Positions 7,619-15,299 of a stretch of DNA of 64,000 nt are shown here, piece by piece. The DNA is taken from contig JAZQAR010000067.1 of the NCBI GenBank assembly GCA_045545315.1, forward strand, positions 591 to 64,590, read 5' to 3'. Below the pieces are notes generated by a model. The model searched no databases. It was not told the origin of the DNA and saw nothing but the letters and a program-made list of their open reading frames with translations. Numbering within the stretch: position 1 is the first letter of the stretch; every line of letters begins with the position of its first letter. The position numbers and the translations under genes were made by a program. The stretch is from Eubacteriales bacterium. Its GTDB lineage: Bacteria; Bacillota; Clostridia; Oscillospirales; QAKW01.

Positions 7619-9178
7619 TTATTCGCCGGTACCGTCGTTGACCTGGGGTTCGGGGTTATATTCTTCCCAAACTTCCTTTACCTCTTCTTCCCATTCGGGC
7701 AGTTCCTTCTTGGCGAAGTTAGAAACCAGATAGCGGGAGTAGAGATACTTTTCACCAACAGCCTTAACGGGATCCTTGGCATCCTTGAACTTCATGGTCA
7801 GGTCGTCCTTCTTCTTCATGAAGTCAACGTAGAGGAGCTTGGCCAGGATCTTATAGTCGTCGGTAGGAGTCTTATCGCTGGCGGCGGTGAACTCCAGTTT
7901 GGAGATGTTATCGTAGAGAGTATCCAGATCCTTAACGTAGGAGATCACGTTCTTCTTGGCGCTTTCCTTCAAGGCAGCGGCGCAATAGAGGTGAACTTCC
8001 TTGGAAAGCTGGTAGGCGATGGTGCCCAGTTCTAAGTAAGCATCGAATTCAGCGGAGTATTTGAGGAAGTCTACGTTATACTCGCCTTCGATTTCGTCGG
8101 CATAATCGGAGAGAACCAGATAAGCGATGATGCTGGACTGGCCTTCGCTGGCAAAGCCGCGATGCTTGGCAATGGAGCGGGCGATCTGCATAGGAGCAGT
8201 TACCTGGGGATAGTCGGTATTGATCAGAACCTCACCGGTGAAGGGAGAGTAGATACTGCCGATCCCCATTGCACTGTACAAGGGAGAGAACAGCAGCTTC
8301 TTAACCTTAACCTCGCTACCCTTCAGGAAGGGATACTCTTCGCTGGCGGCCTTGAAGCAAGCGTTCACTGCTTCGCCGATCTCGCCCAGAGAATCGCCGC
8401 GGCTGGCATAGCGGGCGGCACCGGTCTGGGTAAAGTAGATATTGGACATACCTTCAACGGCTACTTCGTTGATCTGGTCGATGGTGTAGATCATAGCGCC
8501 GTCCAGGGTAGGCTGCGTATAATAATCAGGCTTGAAGTTCTTTAAAACCTCTTTGGACTGACCGTGGAAGGGCATCCGGTTGGTGGTCACACCGTAGCAC
8601 ATACTGTAGAACAGGAAGGCGGTACCGAACACGGCAACCAGCACATACCCGAACTGCACCCAAAGACCGGCGATCTTAAAGCCGTCCTTGTTGGTCTTGG
8701 CGACCTTGATGGTTTTATAGATCTGGAAGCCGGCATAGCCCAGGATCCCGACAACCGTCAAAATACCCAGAATCTCAACCAAAGAGAAGGGCAACAGGTT
8801 GGAAATGGCGGTCAGAACGCCAACCACACCGCTGGTCAAAGAGGTGGTCAGGCTTTCGCTGATGGAAGGATCCACCATCGCCATAATATAGAGAACCAGA
8901 CCGACCAAGCCCAGCCCGGCAAAGCACCATTTGACAATGGAGAAGGCCGTATGGTTCATAAAGATCAGTTTTAATTTTTCTTTTAAAGTATACTCGGGTT
9001 TGATCGCCGCCAGATCGGCAACGTCAAATTCGAAGCCTTCGTCAAATTCAGCCAGATCATCCAGGGTGAATTCGCCGGCAAGAGCCTCTAATTCGTCCAT
9101 CGAAAGGCCTAATTCCTCAGTCTGTACGCCTTCTGTAGCATCCAGCTGCAAGCCTTCGAGTTTTTCATTCTCAGCCAT
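7619..9178 (-). CDS. DUF3810-like polytopic membrane protein with acidic N-terminal extension (519 aa)
   Basis: Several TM segments. The C-terminal region ...MGIGSIYSPFTGEVLINTDYPQ...IARSIAKHRGFASEGQSSIIAYLVL resembles the DUF3810 signature (G.Y.PFTGEA.VN...HExAHqrGfarEdEANF) as I recall it, but with the HExxH position degenerate. Confidence 0.6.
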   Translation of the reverse strand: MAENEKLEGLQLDATEGVQTEELGLSMDELEALAGEFTLDDLAEFDEGFEFDVADLAAIKPEYTLKEKLKLIFMNHTAFSIVKWCFAGLGLVGLVLYIMAMVDPSISESLTTSLTSGVVGVLTAISNLLPFSLVEILGILTVVGILGYAGFQIYKTIKVAKTNKDGFKIAGLWVQFGYVLVAVFGTAFLFYSMCYGVTTNRMPFHGQSKEVLKNFKPDYYTQPTLDGAMIYTIDQINEVAVEGMSNIYFTQTGAARYASRGDSLGEIGEAVNACFKAASEEYPFLKGSEVKVKKLLFSPLYSAMGIGSIYSPFTGEVLINTDYPQVTAPMQIARSIAKHRGFASEGQSSIIAYLVLSDYADEIEGEYNVDFLKYSAEFDAYLELGTIAYQLSKEVHLYCAAALKESAKKNVISYVKDLDTLYDNISKLEFTAASDKTPTDDYKILAKLLYVDFMKKKDDLTMKFKDAKDPVKAVGEKYLYSRYLVSNFAKKELPEWEEEVKEVWEEYNPEPQVNDGTGE

Positions 9179-9277
9179 ATGCGTCCTCCTCGCCTATCAT
9201 AGGATATTATACACGATTATATATTACTATAAATTAGACAAAATTTCAAGTGGTTATTTATATTTTTTATACTTTTT

Positions 9278-10318
9278 TTATTGCTTTTCGCTGTCCGGCA
9301 TAATAATTCCGCCGCCCAACACGTAATTTTCCCAATAAATTACCGCACTCTGACCGGGGGCCGGAGCTTTTTTGGGGCTCTCGAACCGCAAGACCGCCCG
9401 ATCCCCTTCCAATTGCTCCACCCGAACGGCAGTATCCCGATCCCGGTAGCGGATCTTGGCGGTCAGCCCCTCTTGGGGCAAGGGCAGGTGAAATACCGCC
9501 CGCTCCAGCCAAACGGTCTGCTTCAGCACCGATTCCTCGGGGCCCAGCCTTACCACGTTGGTTTCCGGCTCCAGGGCCGCCACGTAAAGCCGCTGATCGG
9601 AGGCCACGCCCAAACCCCGGCGCTGACCCACCGTATAACCGCAGATCCCCTTATGGAATCCCAGCCGCTTACCGGTGAGATCCAGGATCTCCCCCGGTTG
9701 GGGGCGCTTGCCGGTGAAATCAGCGATAAAATCGTCGTGGGAGCTGCCCTCTTCCAAAAAGCAGATATCCAAAGAATCCTTTTTTGTGGCGGCAGAAAGC
9801 CCCAGCGCCGTTGCCTTTTCACGCACGGCGCTTTTATCATCGGTCTCCCCCAAAGGTAAGATCAGGCGGGATAAAACCTCCTGCCCCAGACCGTAAAGCA
9901 TATAGCTTTGATCCTTGGTCTGCCCCGGGATCCGGCGCACCAAATAACGGCCCTCGCGGAAAACCACGGAAGCATAGTGACCGGTGGCGATCTTTTCACA
10001 CCCCAGTTCGTCCGCCGCCTCCAAAAGACCCCGGAACTTGACCGCAGGGTTACAGAGGATGCAGGGGTTGGGGGTCTCGCCCCGAAGATAAAGCTCGGCA
10101 AAGGGCTTCATCACCTTTTCCCGGAACGGCCCGGTCATATCCTTGCAGTAAAAGGGAATACCCAATTCGGCGGCCGCTTTTTCAGCGGCGGCCGCCTCGT
10201 TGCCGATCTGATGCATTTTTAAAAAGACACCCACAGGCTGATCGCCCCGTTCCTTTAAAAGGGCCACACAGACCGCGCTGTCGACGCCGCCGCTCAAGCC
10301 AACGGCAACTTTGCTCAT
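9278..10318 (-). CDS. mnmA: tRNA 2-thiouridine(34) synthase MnmA
   Basis: PP-loop VAVGLSGGVDSAV plus the CNPAVKF and ATGHYA motifs. Start set at ATG 10318 (MSKVAVG), which overlaps the degV stop as ATGA; the track ORF extends to 10360. Confidence 0.92.
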   Translation of the reverse strand: MSKVAVGLSGGVDSAVCVALLKERGDQPVGVFLKMHQIGNEAAAAEKAAAELGIPFYCKDMTGPFREKVMKPFAELYLRGETPNPCILCNPAVKFRGLLEAADELGCEKIATGHYASVVFREGRYLVRRIPGQTKDQSYMLYGLGQEVLSRLILPLGETDDKSAVREKATALGLSAATKKDSLDICFLEEGSSHDDFIADFTGKRPQPGEILDLTGKRLGFHKGICGYTVGQRRGLGVASDQRLYVAALEPETNVVRLGPEESVLKQTVWLERAVFHLPLPQEGLTAKIRYRDRDTAVRVEQLEGDRAVLRFESPKKAPAPGQSAVIYWENYVLGGGIIMPDSEKQ

Positions 10319-11178
10319 TCTACGACCTCGAACAAAACACCCAAAGTGCCGGGGCCGCAATGGCTGGTGACAACGCTGCCGGCGTCGGTTTCGAAGATCT
10401 CTTCAAACATACCGGATTCCTTCACCACGTCGTATACCGCCTGCACGGTGGCAGGGTCACACTTAGTGTGGGTTACAAAGCAACGTTTTTTATTCATCTT
10501 ATCCGCATTGGCGGAGAGCATTTGCTTGGCATACTGAACCATCACCTTATCGATGACACCGCGGTATTTTTCGGCAACACCCATTTTACCGTCAGCCACA
10601 AAGATGCGGGGGTGGAGCTTTAAAATGTTGGCGCCCAAAGCGGCAACGGAGGAACAACGGCCGCCCATCCGCAGGTAATCCAGCTGATCCACCACGAAGC
10701 TGGCCCGCACCAAAGGAATGCGTTTTTGGATCTCGGCCACGATCTCTTCGGCGGATTTGCCCTCTTCCTTCAGGTCGTAGGCATCCAGCATCAAAAGAGC
10801 GGTACCGGTGGAAAGGTTGGCGCTGTCGATCACGTAGACCTTGCCCTCGCCCTGCTGTTCATCGGCGGCCAGAATAGCGCTTTGATGGGTACTGGACATG
10901 GAGGACGAGATATTGAAATGGATCACGTCGTAGCCTTCCTTGGTGTAAGTCTCAAAGAATTCGGTATAGTCGGTCAGGGTGGCGGCAGAGGTCTTGGGCA
11001 GTTGCTTATGCTCCGCCACGTAAGCATAGATCTTCTCGGGGTACATTTCCACCCCGTCGTCCTTAAAAGATTCATCGCCCAGGGTCACGTAGAGGGGCTG
11101 GATCTTAAAATCGCACCGCTCCTTCAGGGCGGTAGAAATATCGCAGGTACTGTCTGCAGAGATGATGATTTTATTCAT
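10315..11178 (-). CDS. DegV family fatty-acid-binding protein
   Basis: 287 aa. MNKIIISADSTCDIS...VIHFNISSSMSSTHQSA...FVVDQLDYLRMGGR is the typical DegV pattern. Confidence 0.88.
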   Translation of the reverse strand: MNKIIISADSTCDISTALKERCDFKIQPLYVTLGDESFKDDGVEMYPEKIYAYVAEHKQLPKTSAATLTDYTEFFETYTKEGYDVIHFNISSSMSSTHQSAILAADEQQGEGKVYVIDSANLSTGTALLMLDAYDLKEEGKSAEEIVAEIQKRIPLVRASFVVDQLDYLRMGGRCSSVAALGANILKLHPRIFVADGKMGVAEKYRGVIDKVMVQYAKQMLSANADKMNKKRCFVTHTKCDPATVQAVYDVVKESGMFEEIFETDAGSVVTSHCGPGTLGVLFEVVE

Positions 11179-11258
11179 AATGAATCCTAATCCTTTCGTA
11201 AATCACAACTTCACACCTTATAATATAACTGATATTTCCCGAATTGTCAAAGAAATTG

Positions 11259-11287
11259 TTGATTTTTTTATTTCCTTGCTCTATAAT
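11259..11287 (+). promoter_or_regulatory. Sigma-70-type promoter of fba
   Basis: TTGATT (11259-11264), 17 nt, TATAAT (11282-11287). Confidence 0.55.
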
Positions 11288-11324
11288 ATGGATAGTAATT
11301 TAATATTGAGGAGGAACTCAAAGA

Positions 11325-12188
11325 ATGCTTGTTTCTGCAAAGGAAATGATCAAAAAGGCCTATGAGGGCCATTACGCCGTTGGCCAGTTCAACATCAACA
11401 ATCTGGAATGGACCAAGGCCATCCTGCTGACCGCCGAAGAAAACAAATCCCCTGTGATCCTGGGTGTTTCCGAAGGCGCCGGTAAGTATATGTGCGGTTA
11501 TAAGACCGTTGTGGGCATGGTAAAGGGCATGATCGAGGAACTGAACATCACCGTTCCCGTTGCCATCCATCTGGACCACGGCTCCTACGAAGGTGCTAAA
11601 AAGGTTATCGCAGACGGATTCTCTTCCGTTATGTTCGACGGCTCCCATTACGGCATCGAAGAAAACATTGAAAAGACCAAAGAGATCATCGCTCTGGCCA
11701 ATGCCAAGGGCATGAGCGTAGAGGCCGAGGTCGGTTCCATCGGCGGTGAAGAGGACGGCGTGATCGGCCGCGGTGAGGTTGCCGATCCCGACGAATGCAA
11801 GAAGATCGCTGACCTGGGTGTGGACTTCCTGGCTGCCGGTATCGGCAACATCCACGGCAAATATCCCGCCAACTGGGCCGGCCTGGATTTTGAAGCCCTG
11901 GATAAGATCCAGAAGGCAACCACCGGTATGCCCCTGGTACTGCACGGCGGTACCGGCATTCCTGCCGATATGATCAAAAAGGCCATCTCTTTGGGTGTTG
12001 CCAAGATCAACGTTAACACCGAATGCCAGCTGGCTTTTGCCGATGCTACCCGTAAGTACGTGGAAGCCGGCAAGGATCTGGAAGGCAAGGGCTTTGACCC
12101 CAGAAAGCTGTTGGCCCCCGGCTTTGAAGCCATCAAGGCCACCGTTAAGGAAAAGATGGAGCTGTTCGGTTCCGTTAACAAGGCTTAA
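11325..12188 (+). CDS. fba: Class II fructose-1,6-bisphosphate aldolase
   Basis: MLVSAKEMIKKAYEGHYAVGQFNINNLEW...HLDHGS...LVLHGGTGIP, the class II FBA signature. A GAGGAGG SD lies upstream. Confidence 0.95.
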   Translation: MLVSAKEMIKKAYEGHYAVGQFNINNLEWTKAILLTAEENKSPVILGVSEGAGKYMCGYKTVVGMVKGMIEELNITVPVAIHLDHGSYEGAKKVIADGFSSVMFDGSHYGIEENIEKTKEIIALANAKGMSVEAEVGSIGGEEDGVIGRGEVADPDECKKIADLGVDFLAAGIGNIHGKYPANWAGLDFEALDKIQKATTGMPLVLHGGTGIPADMIKKAISLGVAKINVNTECQLAFADATRKYVEAGKDLEGKGFDPRKLLAPGFEAIKATVKEKMELFGSVNKA

Positions 12189-12204
12189 TTTCATCAAGCG
12201 TCTC

Positions 12205-12239
12205 AAGGCGACCGCATTTTGCGGTCGCCTTTTTCTTTT
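12205..12239 (+). terminator. Rho-independent terminator of fba
   Basis: AAGGCGACCGC-ATTTT-GCGGTCGCCTT followed by TTTTCTTTT. Confidence 0.85.
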
Positions 12240-12293
12240 CATTTTTTCACACCTCCCGGCATAGATTGGTAAAAAGAGAGGATGTGTGAAAAA

Positions 12294-13241
12294 ATGAAAA
12301 GAAAATATTTGTTCCTTTACTTATTATGTCTGTTTTTGCCCTACGTTACGGTGCTGATCCTATGCCAAATTATGGACAAGGCACCCCAAACGCCGGAGCC
12401 CCGAGGCTACACCGTGACCCTTTACCGCACCCAAACCGAAAAAACAGAGGTCTTGGCCTTAAAGGATTATCTTTTTGGTGTTTTGGCGGGGGAAATGCCT
12501 GCCTCCTACCCGGAGGAAGCATTAAAAGCCCAGGTGGTGGCATCCTATTCTTATCTTTTGCATCGCAAAAACACCATAGCAAATCACCCTACCACCGATT
12601 TCGGTCACCCCGGGGATATTTGCGATAATCCGGATCATTGCAAGGCCTACGCCACCGCAGAAGAGTGCGAGGCCCGCTGGGGCAAGGAATGGCGAACATC
12701 CTTTGAGAATAAATTACGGCAAGTGGTAGAAGATTCTTTGGGCTATGCGGCACTTTATGAGGAAGAGCCCGCCAACACGGTCTTTCATGCCTTTTCCGGA
12801 GGGGTCACCGAGGATGCCGCCGACGTATGGGGTGCCGAAGTCCCCTACCTTAAATCCGTGGATTCCCATTGGGATCGGGAGGCCAAGGATTTTTCCACCA
12901 CGGTCAAGGTGCCCCTTGAAGAATTTAAATCAAAGCTGGAGATCACCGGTACGGAGGAAGGTGCCGTCACCCTGACCGCCGGAGGCTCAGTGGGGACGCT
13001 GGTCATCGGCGAAAAGACCTTCACCGGGCGGCAGCTGCGGGAGGCTTTTGGCCTGCGCAGTACCCGTTTTAATCTAAAAATTGAAAAAGAGCAGGCGGTC
13101 TTTTCGGTCAGCGGCTACGGACATCAGGTGGGAATGAGCCAATTCGGAGCTTCGGTTTTGGCGCAAAATGGCTTCACCTTTCAAGAGATTCTTTCCTATT
13201 ATTATAAAGGTGTGACGGTGGTACAAGATTATTATGTATAA
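12294..13241 (+). CDS. spoIID: Stage II sporulation protein D (SpoIID/LytB-domain lytic transglycosylase)
   Basis: N-terminal TM, then ...ALKAQVVASYSYLLHR...VFHAFSGGVTEDAADVWGAEVPYLKSVDS...GYGHQVGMSQFGA, which are SpoIID hallmarks. Start chosen at ATG 12294; the track ORF starts at 12282. Confidence 0.88.
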   Translation: MKRKYLFLYLLCLFLPYVTVLILCQIMDKAPQTPEPRGYTVTLYRTQTEKTEVLALKDYLFGVLAGEMPASYPEEALKAQVVASYSYLLHRKNTIANHPTTDFGHPGDICDNPDHCKAYATAEECEARWGKEWRTSFENKLRQVVEDSLGYAALYEEEPANTVFHAFSGGVTEDAADVWGAEVPYLKSVDSHWDREAKDFSTTVKVPLEEFKSKLEITGTEEGAVTLTAGGSVGTLVIGEKTFTGRQLREAFGLRSTRFNLKIEKEQAVFSVSGYGHQVGMSQFGASVLAQNGFTFQEILSYYYKGVTVVQDYYV

Positions 13242-13300
13242 ATTTTTTCAAAAATGCCCATATTAGAAGCAGAAGTTCTACTATGAAAGGATATATGGGC

Positions 13301-13948
13301 ATGAAAGAGAAAATTTTGCATTTACTGAAAACCAAAGGCTACTATATTGTATTGGGGCTTTGTGTGCTGACGGTGGGCACGGTCAGTTTTCTTTCTTATA
13401 AGATCAATCAACAGGATCAGGCAGAAACACCTCTGACCCCCGGTCCCGCCTCCGATGTAGAAAAAGTAGAGGAAAAGGTACCGGATACCCGCCCGGAGGT
13501 GCAGGAGGAACAACCGGCCGCACCCTCTGAGGAGCAGGGTGCCGAGGCAGAATACGCCCCTCCCCTGACCGGCGAGGTGATCGCCCACTATTCCCCGGAT
13601 CATCCGGTTTATTCCTACACCCTGAAGGATTGGCGGGTGCATAACGGTATTGATATCGCTGCCCCCTCCGGCACCCAGGTGCTGAACGTTTGCGACGGGG
13701 TGGTGGAATCGGCAGAGACCCACGACCTGATGGGCAATACGGTGGTGATCCGCCACACCGACGGCAAGGTCTCGCGCTATTGCAGCTTAGGTGAGATGAC
13801 GGTGACCGCCGGGCAGATGGTCAAGAAGGGCGAGCCCATCGGCACCGTGGGGAACAGTATGCTGTTGGAGTGCGGTGAGGCCGATCACCTGCACTATGAA
13901 TTATGGGCAGATGATCAATTGGTGGATCCCACTTCGATTATGGAATAA
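13301..13948 (+). CDS. M23/LytM-domain peptidase with N-terminal membrane anchor (SpoIIQ-like position next to spoIID)
   Basis: TM YYIVLGLCVLTVGTVSFL, a Glu/Pro-rich linker, and a LytM domain (HNGIDIAAPSGTQV...GNTVVIRH...HLHYEL). Start chosen at ATG 13301 because of the AAAGGA SD; the track ORF starts at 13283. Confidence 0.8.
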   Translation: MKEKILHLLKTKGYYIVLGLCVLTVGTVSFLSYKINQQDQAETPLTPGPASDVEKVEEKVPDTRPEVQEEQPAAPSEEQGAEAEYAPPLTGEVIAHYSPDHPVYSYTLKDWRVHNGIDIAAPSGTQVLNVCDGVVESAETHDLMGNTVVIRHTDGKVSRYCSLGEMTVTAGQMVKKGEPIGTVGNSMLLECGEADHLHYELWADDQLVDPTSIME

Positions 13949-14251
13949 ATAACGGCGGTGCTTCATCCGCACCCCGTCGGCGGTAAGCTTGGTGGGTAAA
14001 GCTTCGGCGATCTCCGCCCATTCCAGCCCCCGAAAATAGCGCAGTTCAAAGATCAACCGCAGCTCGGGATCCGGGATCTGCTCCACGAATTTGGCCAGTT
14101 CCCACAAAACCTCTGCCAGCGCATCACAGCGCCGCAGCAGTTCCTTTTCCAGCGCCCGGGAACAGGCTGTCCGGCAGGGGGGCAGGCTCCGTTCCAATCG
14201 GCGGCATTCCTCCAGTTCCCGTTTGATCAATCTTGCGTCACACAGCTTCAT
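13901..14251 (-). CDS. Sigma-70 region-4-like phage transcription activator (RinA/DUF1492/Xpf-type), 116 aa
   Basis: The coiled N-terminus is followed by ...IPDPELRLIFELRYFRGLEWAEIAEALPTKLTADGVRMKHRRYL, a region-4-type HTH. ATG 14251 has a GGGAGGTG SD 7 nt upstream. The 3' end overlaps the convergent M23 gene by 48 nt. Confidence 0.7.
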   Translation of the reverse strand: MKLCDARLIKRELEECRRLERSLPPCRTACSRALEKELLRRCDALAEVLWELAKFVEQIPDPELRLIFELRYFRGLEWAEIAEALPTKLTADGVRMKHRRYLFHNRSGIHQLIICP

Positions 14252-14399
14252 GGGGCAGCACCTCCCGAAATTCGTTATCCACCCCGCAATGGGGGCAGCA
14301 GTAAAGGGTTTGTCCCCATCCGCCGGGTAGTCCGTAGGTCTCACGGTAGCGGACAGGCTCACGAAAGGTTCTTCGGCAGTTTTCACAGTAATACGTCAA
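14238..14399 (-). CDS. Small four-cysteine zinc-ribbon protein (53 aa)
   Basis: A TTG start at 14399 is preceded by AGGAGGTG 6 nt upstream. It has CxxC...CxxC (YYCENC...CCPHCG). It overlaps the XRE stop upstream and the sigma-like start downstream. Confidence 0.6.
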   Translation of the reverse strand: MTYYCENCRRTFREPVRYRETYGLPGGWGQTLYCCPHCGVDNEFREVLPHEAV

Positions 14400-14583
14400 G
14401 GGGGAACACCTCCTGAAAATCACATTGTAAGGCCCGGCATAGGCGCAGGGCAGTCTGAAAGCCGGGGTAACGGCCATCCTTTTCCAGCCGACAGACGGTG
14501 GAACGGGAGACCGAGGCGGCCTCTGCCAGCTCCTGCTGGGTCAGCCGACACCGAACCCGGTTATAATATAAGCGGTTATACAT
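14383..14583 (-). CDS. XRE-family helix-turn-helix transcriptional regulator (66 aa)
   Basis: RLTQQELAEAASVSRSTVCRLEKDGRYPGFQTALRLCRAL is a classic Cro/C1-type HTH. An AGGAGA SD lies 7 nt upstream of the ATG. Confidence 0.85.
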   Translation of the reverse strand: MYNRLYYNRVRCRLTQQELAEAASVSRSTVCRLEKDGRYPGFQTALRLCRALQCDFQEVFPLDVLL

Positions 14584-14613
14584 TGGTTCTTCTCCTGATA
14601 CTAAAATATTACA

Positions 14614-14625
14614 GAAATCGATTTC
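14614..14625. promoter_or_regulatory. Perfect 12-bp palindrome GAAATCGATTTC upstream of the XRE gene (candidate operator)
   Basis: Located 31 nt upstream of the XRE start, just upstream of a TAATAT -10-like hexamer on the minus strand. Confidence 0.35.
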
Positions 14626-14671
14626 GTTCTCTATTAAAAAGCAAAATTCGTCTTATTTCAAGGAAAACCGT

Positions 14672-14700
14672 TTGACATTTTTCGACATTGCCCCTAAAAT
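14672..14700 (+). promoter_or_regulatory. Sigma-70-type promoter of the Nudix gene
   Basis: TTGACA (14672-14677), 17 nt, TAAAAT (14695-14700). Confidence 0.6.
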
Positions 14701-14724
14701 AAAGGGTAAGAGGTGAGTTTTTCC

Positions 14725-15264
14725 ATGTCATTTGTCGAAAAAAAGATCCAAGAGGAATGTGTATACGAAGGGCCGATCTTTCAGGTCTATCATAATCTGG
14801 TGGAGTTGCCAAACGGAGTGGCCGCACCCCGGGATCGGATCGCCCATCGGGGCGGCGCCGGTATGGTGGCCCTGGACCGGGAGGATCATATCTATCTGGT
14901 GCGGCAATACCGCCACGGGGTGGAAAAGGAATTATTGGAGATCCCCGCCGGCAAATTGGAGGCCGGAGAAGATCCCGCCAAGACCGTGGTACGGGAACTG
15001 GAGGAGGAAGTGGGCTTTACCCCCAACAAGGTGACCTCCTTGGGCTATATGGAGCTTTCCCCCGCCTATTTGCAGGAGATCACCTATCTTTACCTGGGTC
15101 AAGAACTCATCCCCCACAAAGAGGAGCTGGATGAGGACGAGTTCCTGGAGGTGGTACGAATGCCCTTTGCCGAAGCCTTACAAAAGGTACTGGCGGGCGA
15201 GATCACCGACGGAAAGACTCAGGTGGCTATTATGAAGACCGCTTTATTATTAAATAAGTTATGA
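14725..15264 (+). CDS. nudF: Nudix hydrolase, ADP-ribose pyrophosphatase (NudF-like)
   Basis: Nudix box GKLEAGEDPAKTVVRELEEEVGF. The N-terminal region EECVYEGPIFQVYHNLVELPNG is typical of ADPR pyrophosphatases. The ATG at 14725 has an AAGAGGTG SD. Confidence 0.85.
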   Translation: MSFVEKKIQEECVYEGPIFQVYHNLVELPNGVAAPRDRIAHRGGAGMVALDREDHIYLVRQYRHGVEKELLEIPAGKLEAGEDPAKTVVRELEEEVGFTPNKVTSLGYMELSPAYLQEITYLYLGQELIPHKEELDEDEFLEVVRMPFAEALQKVLAGEITDGKTQVAIMKTALLLNKL

Positions 15265-15265
15265 G

Positions 15266-15299
15266 AGAACGGGTGCCAAAGCACCCGTTCTTTAATTTT
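15266..15299. terminator. Bidirectional terminator shared by nudF and the endolysin gene
   Basis: AGAACGGGTGC-CAAA-GCACCCGTTCT followed by TTAATTTT. The hairpin abuts the endolysin stop codon at 15292-15294. Confidence 0.8.

Noticed and set aside
11268-12242. 324-aa ORF on the - strand opposite fba
   Set aside because: fba is unambiguous, so this antisense ORF is an artefact of codon bias.
13940-13975. Possible att direct repeat (AACGGCGGTG here versus ATCGGCGGGT at about 24853-24862)
   Set aside because: Only about 8 of 10 bases match, in GC-rich sequence, so it is indistinguishable from chance by eye. I could not identify convincing attL/attR repeats; a computational repeat search across 13.8-15.3 kb and 24.7-24.9 kb is needed.
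13901-14386. Long 161-aa version of the sigma-like ORF, and the 79-aa version of ORF 14238-14477
   Set aside because: The upstream parts overlap neighbouring genes and lack an SD. Internal starts at ATG 14251 and TTG 14399 each have a strong SD at 6-7 nt, and they give a clean three-gene coupled operon.
14725-15264. Nudix gene as part of an anti-phage or counter-defence system
   Set aside because: There is no partner gene (no TIR, SIR2, macro or ligase gene), and the sequence looks like an ordinary ADPR pyrophosphatase. It is kept only as a boundary/cargo question in the findings.
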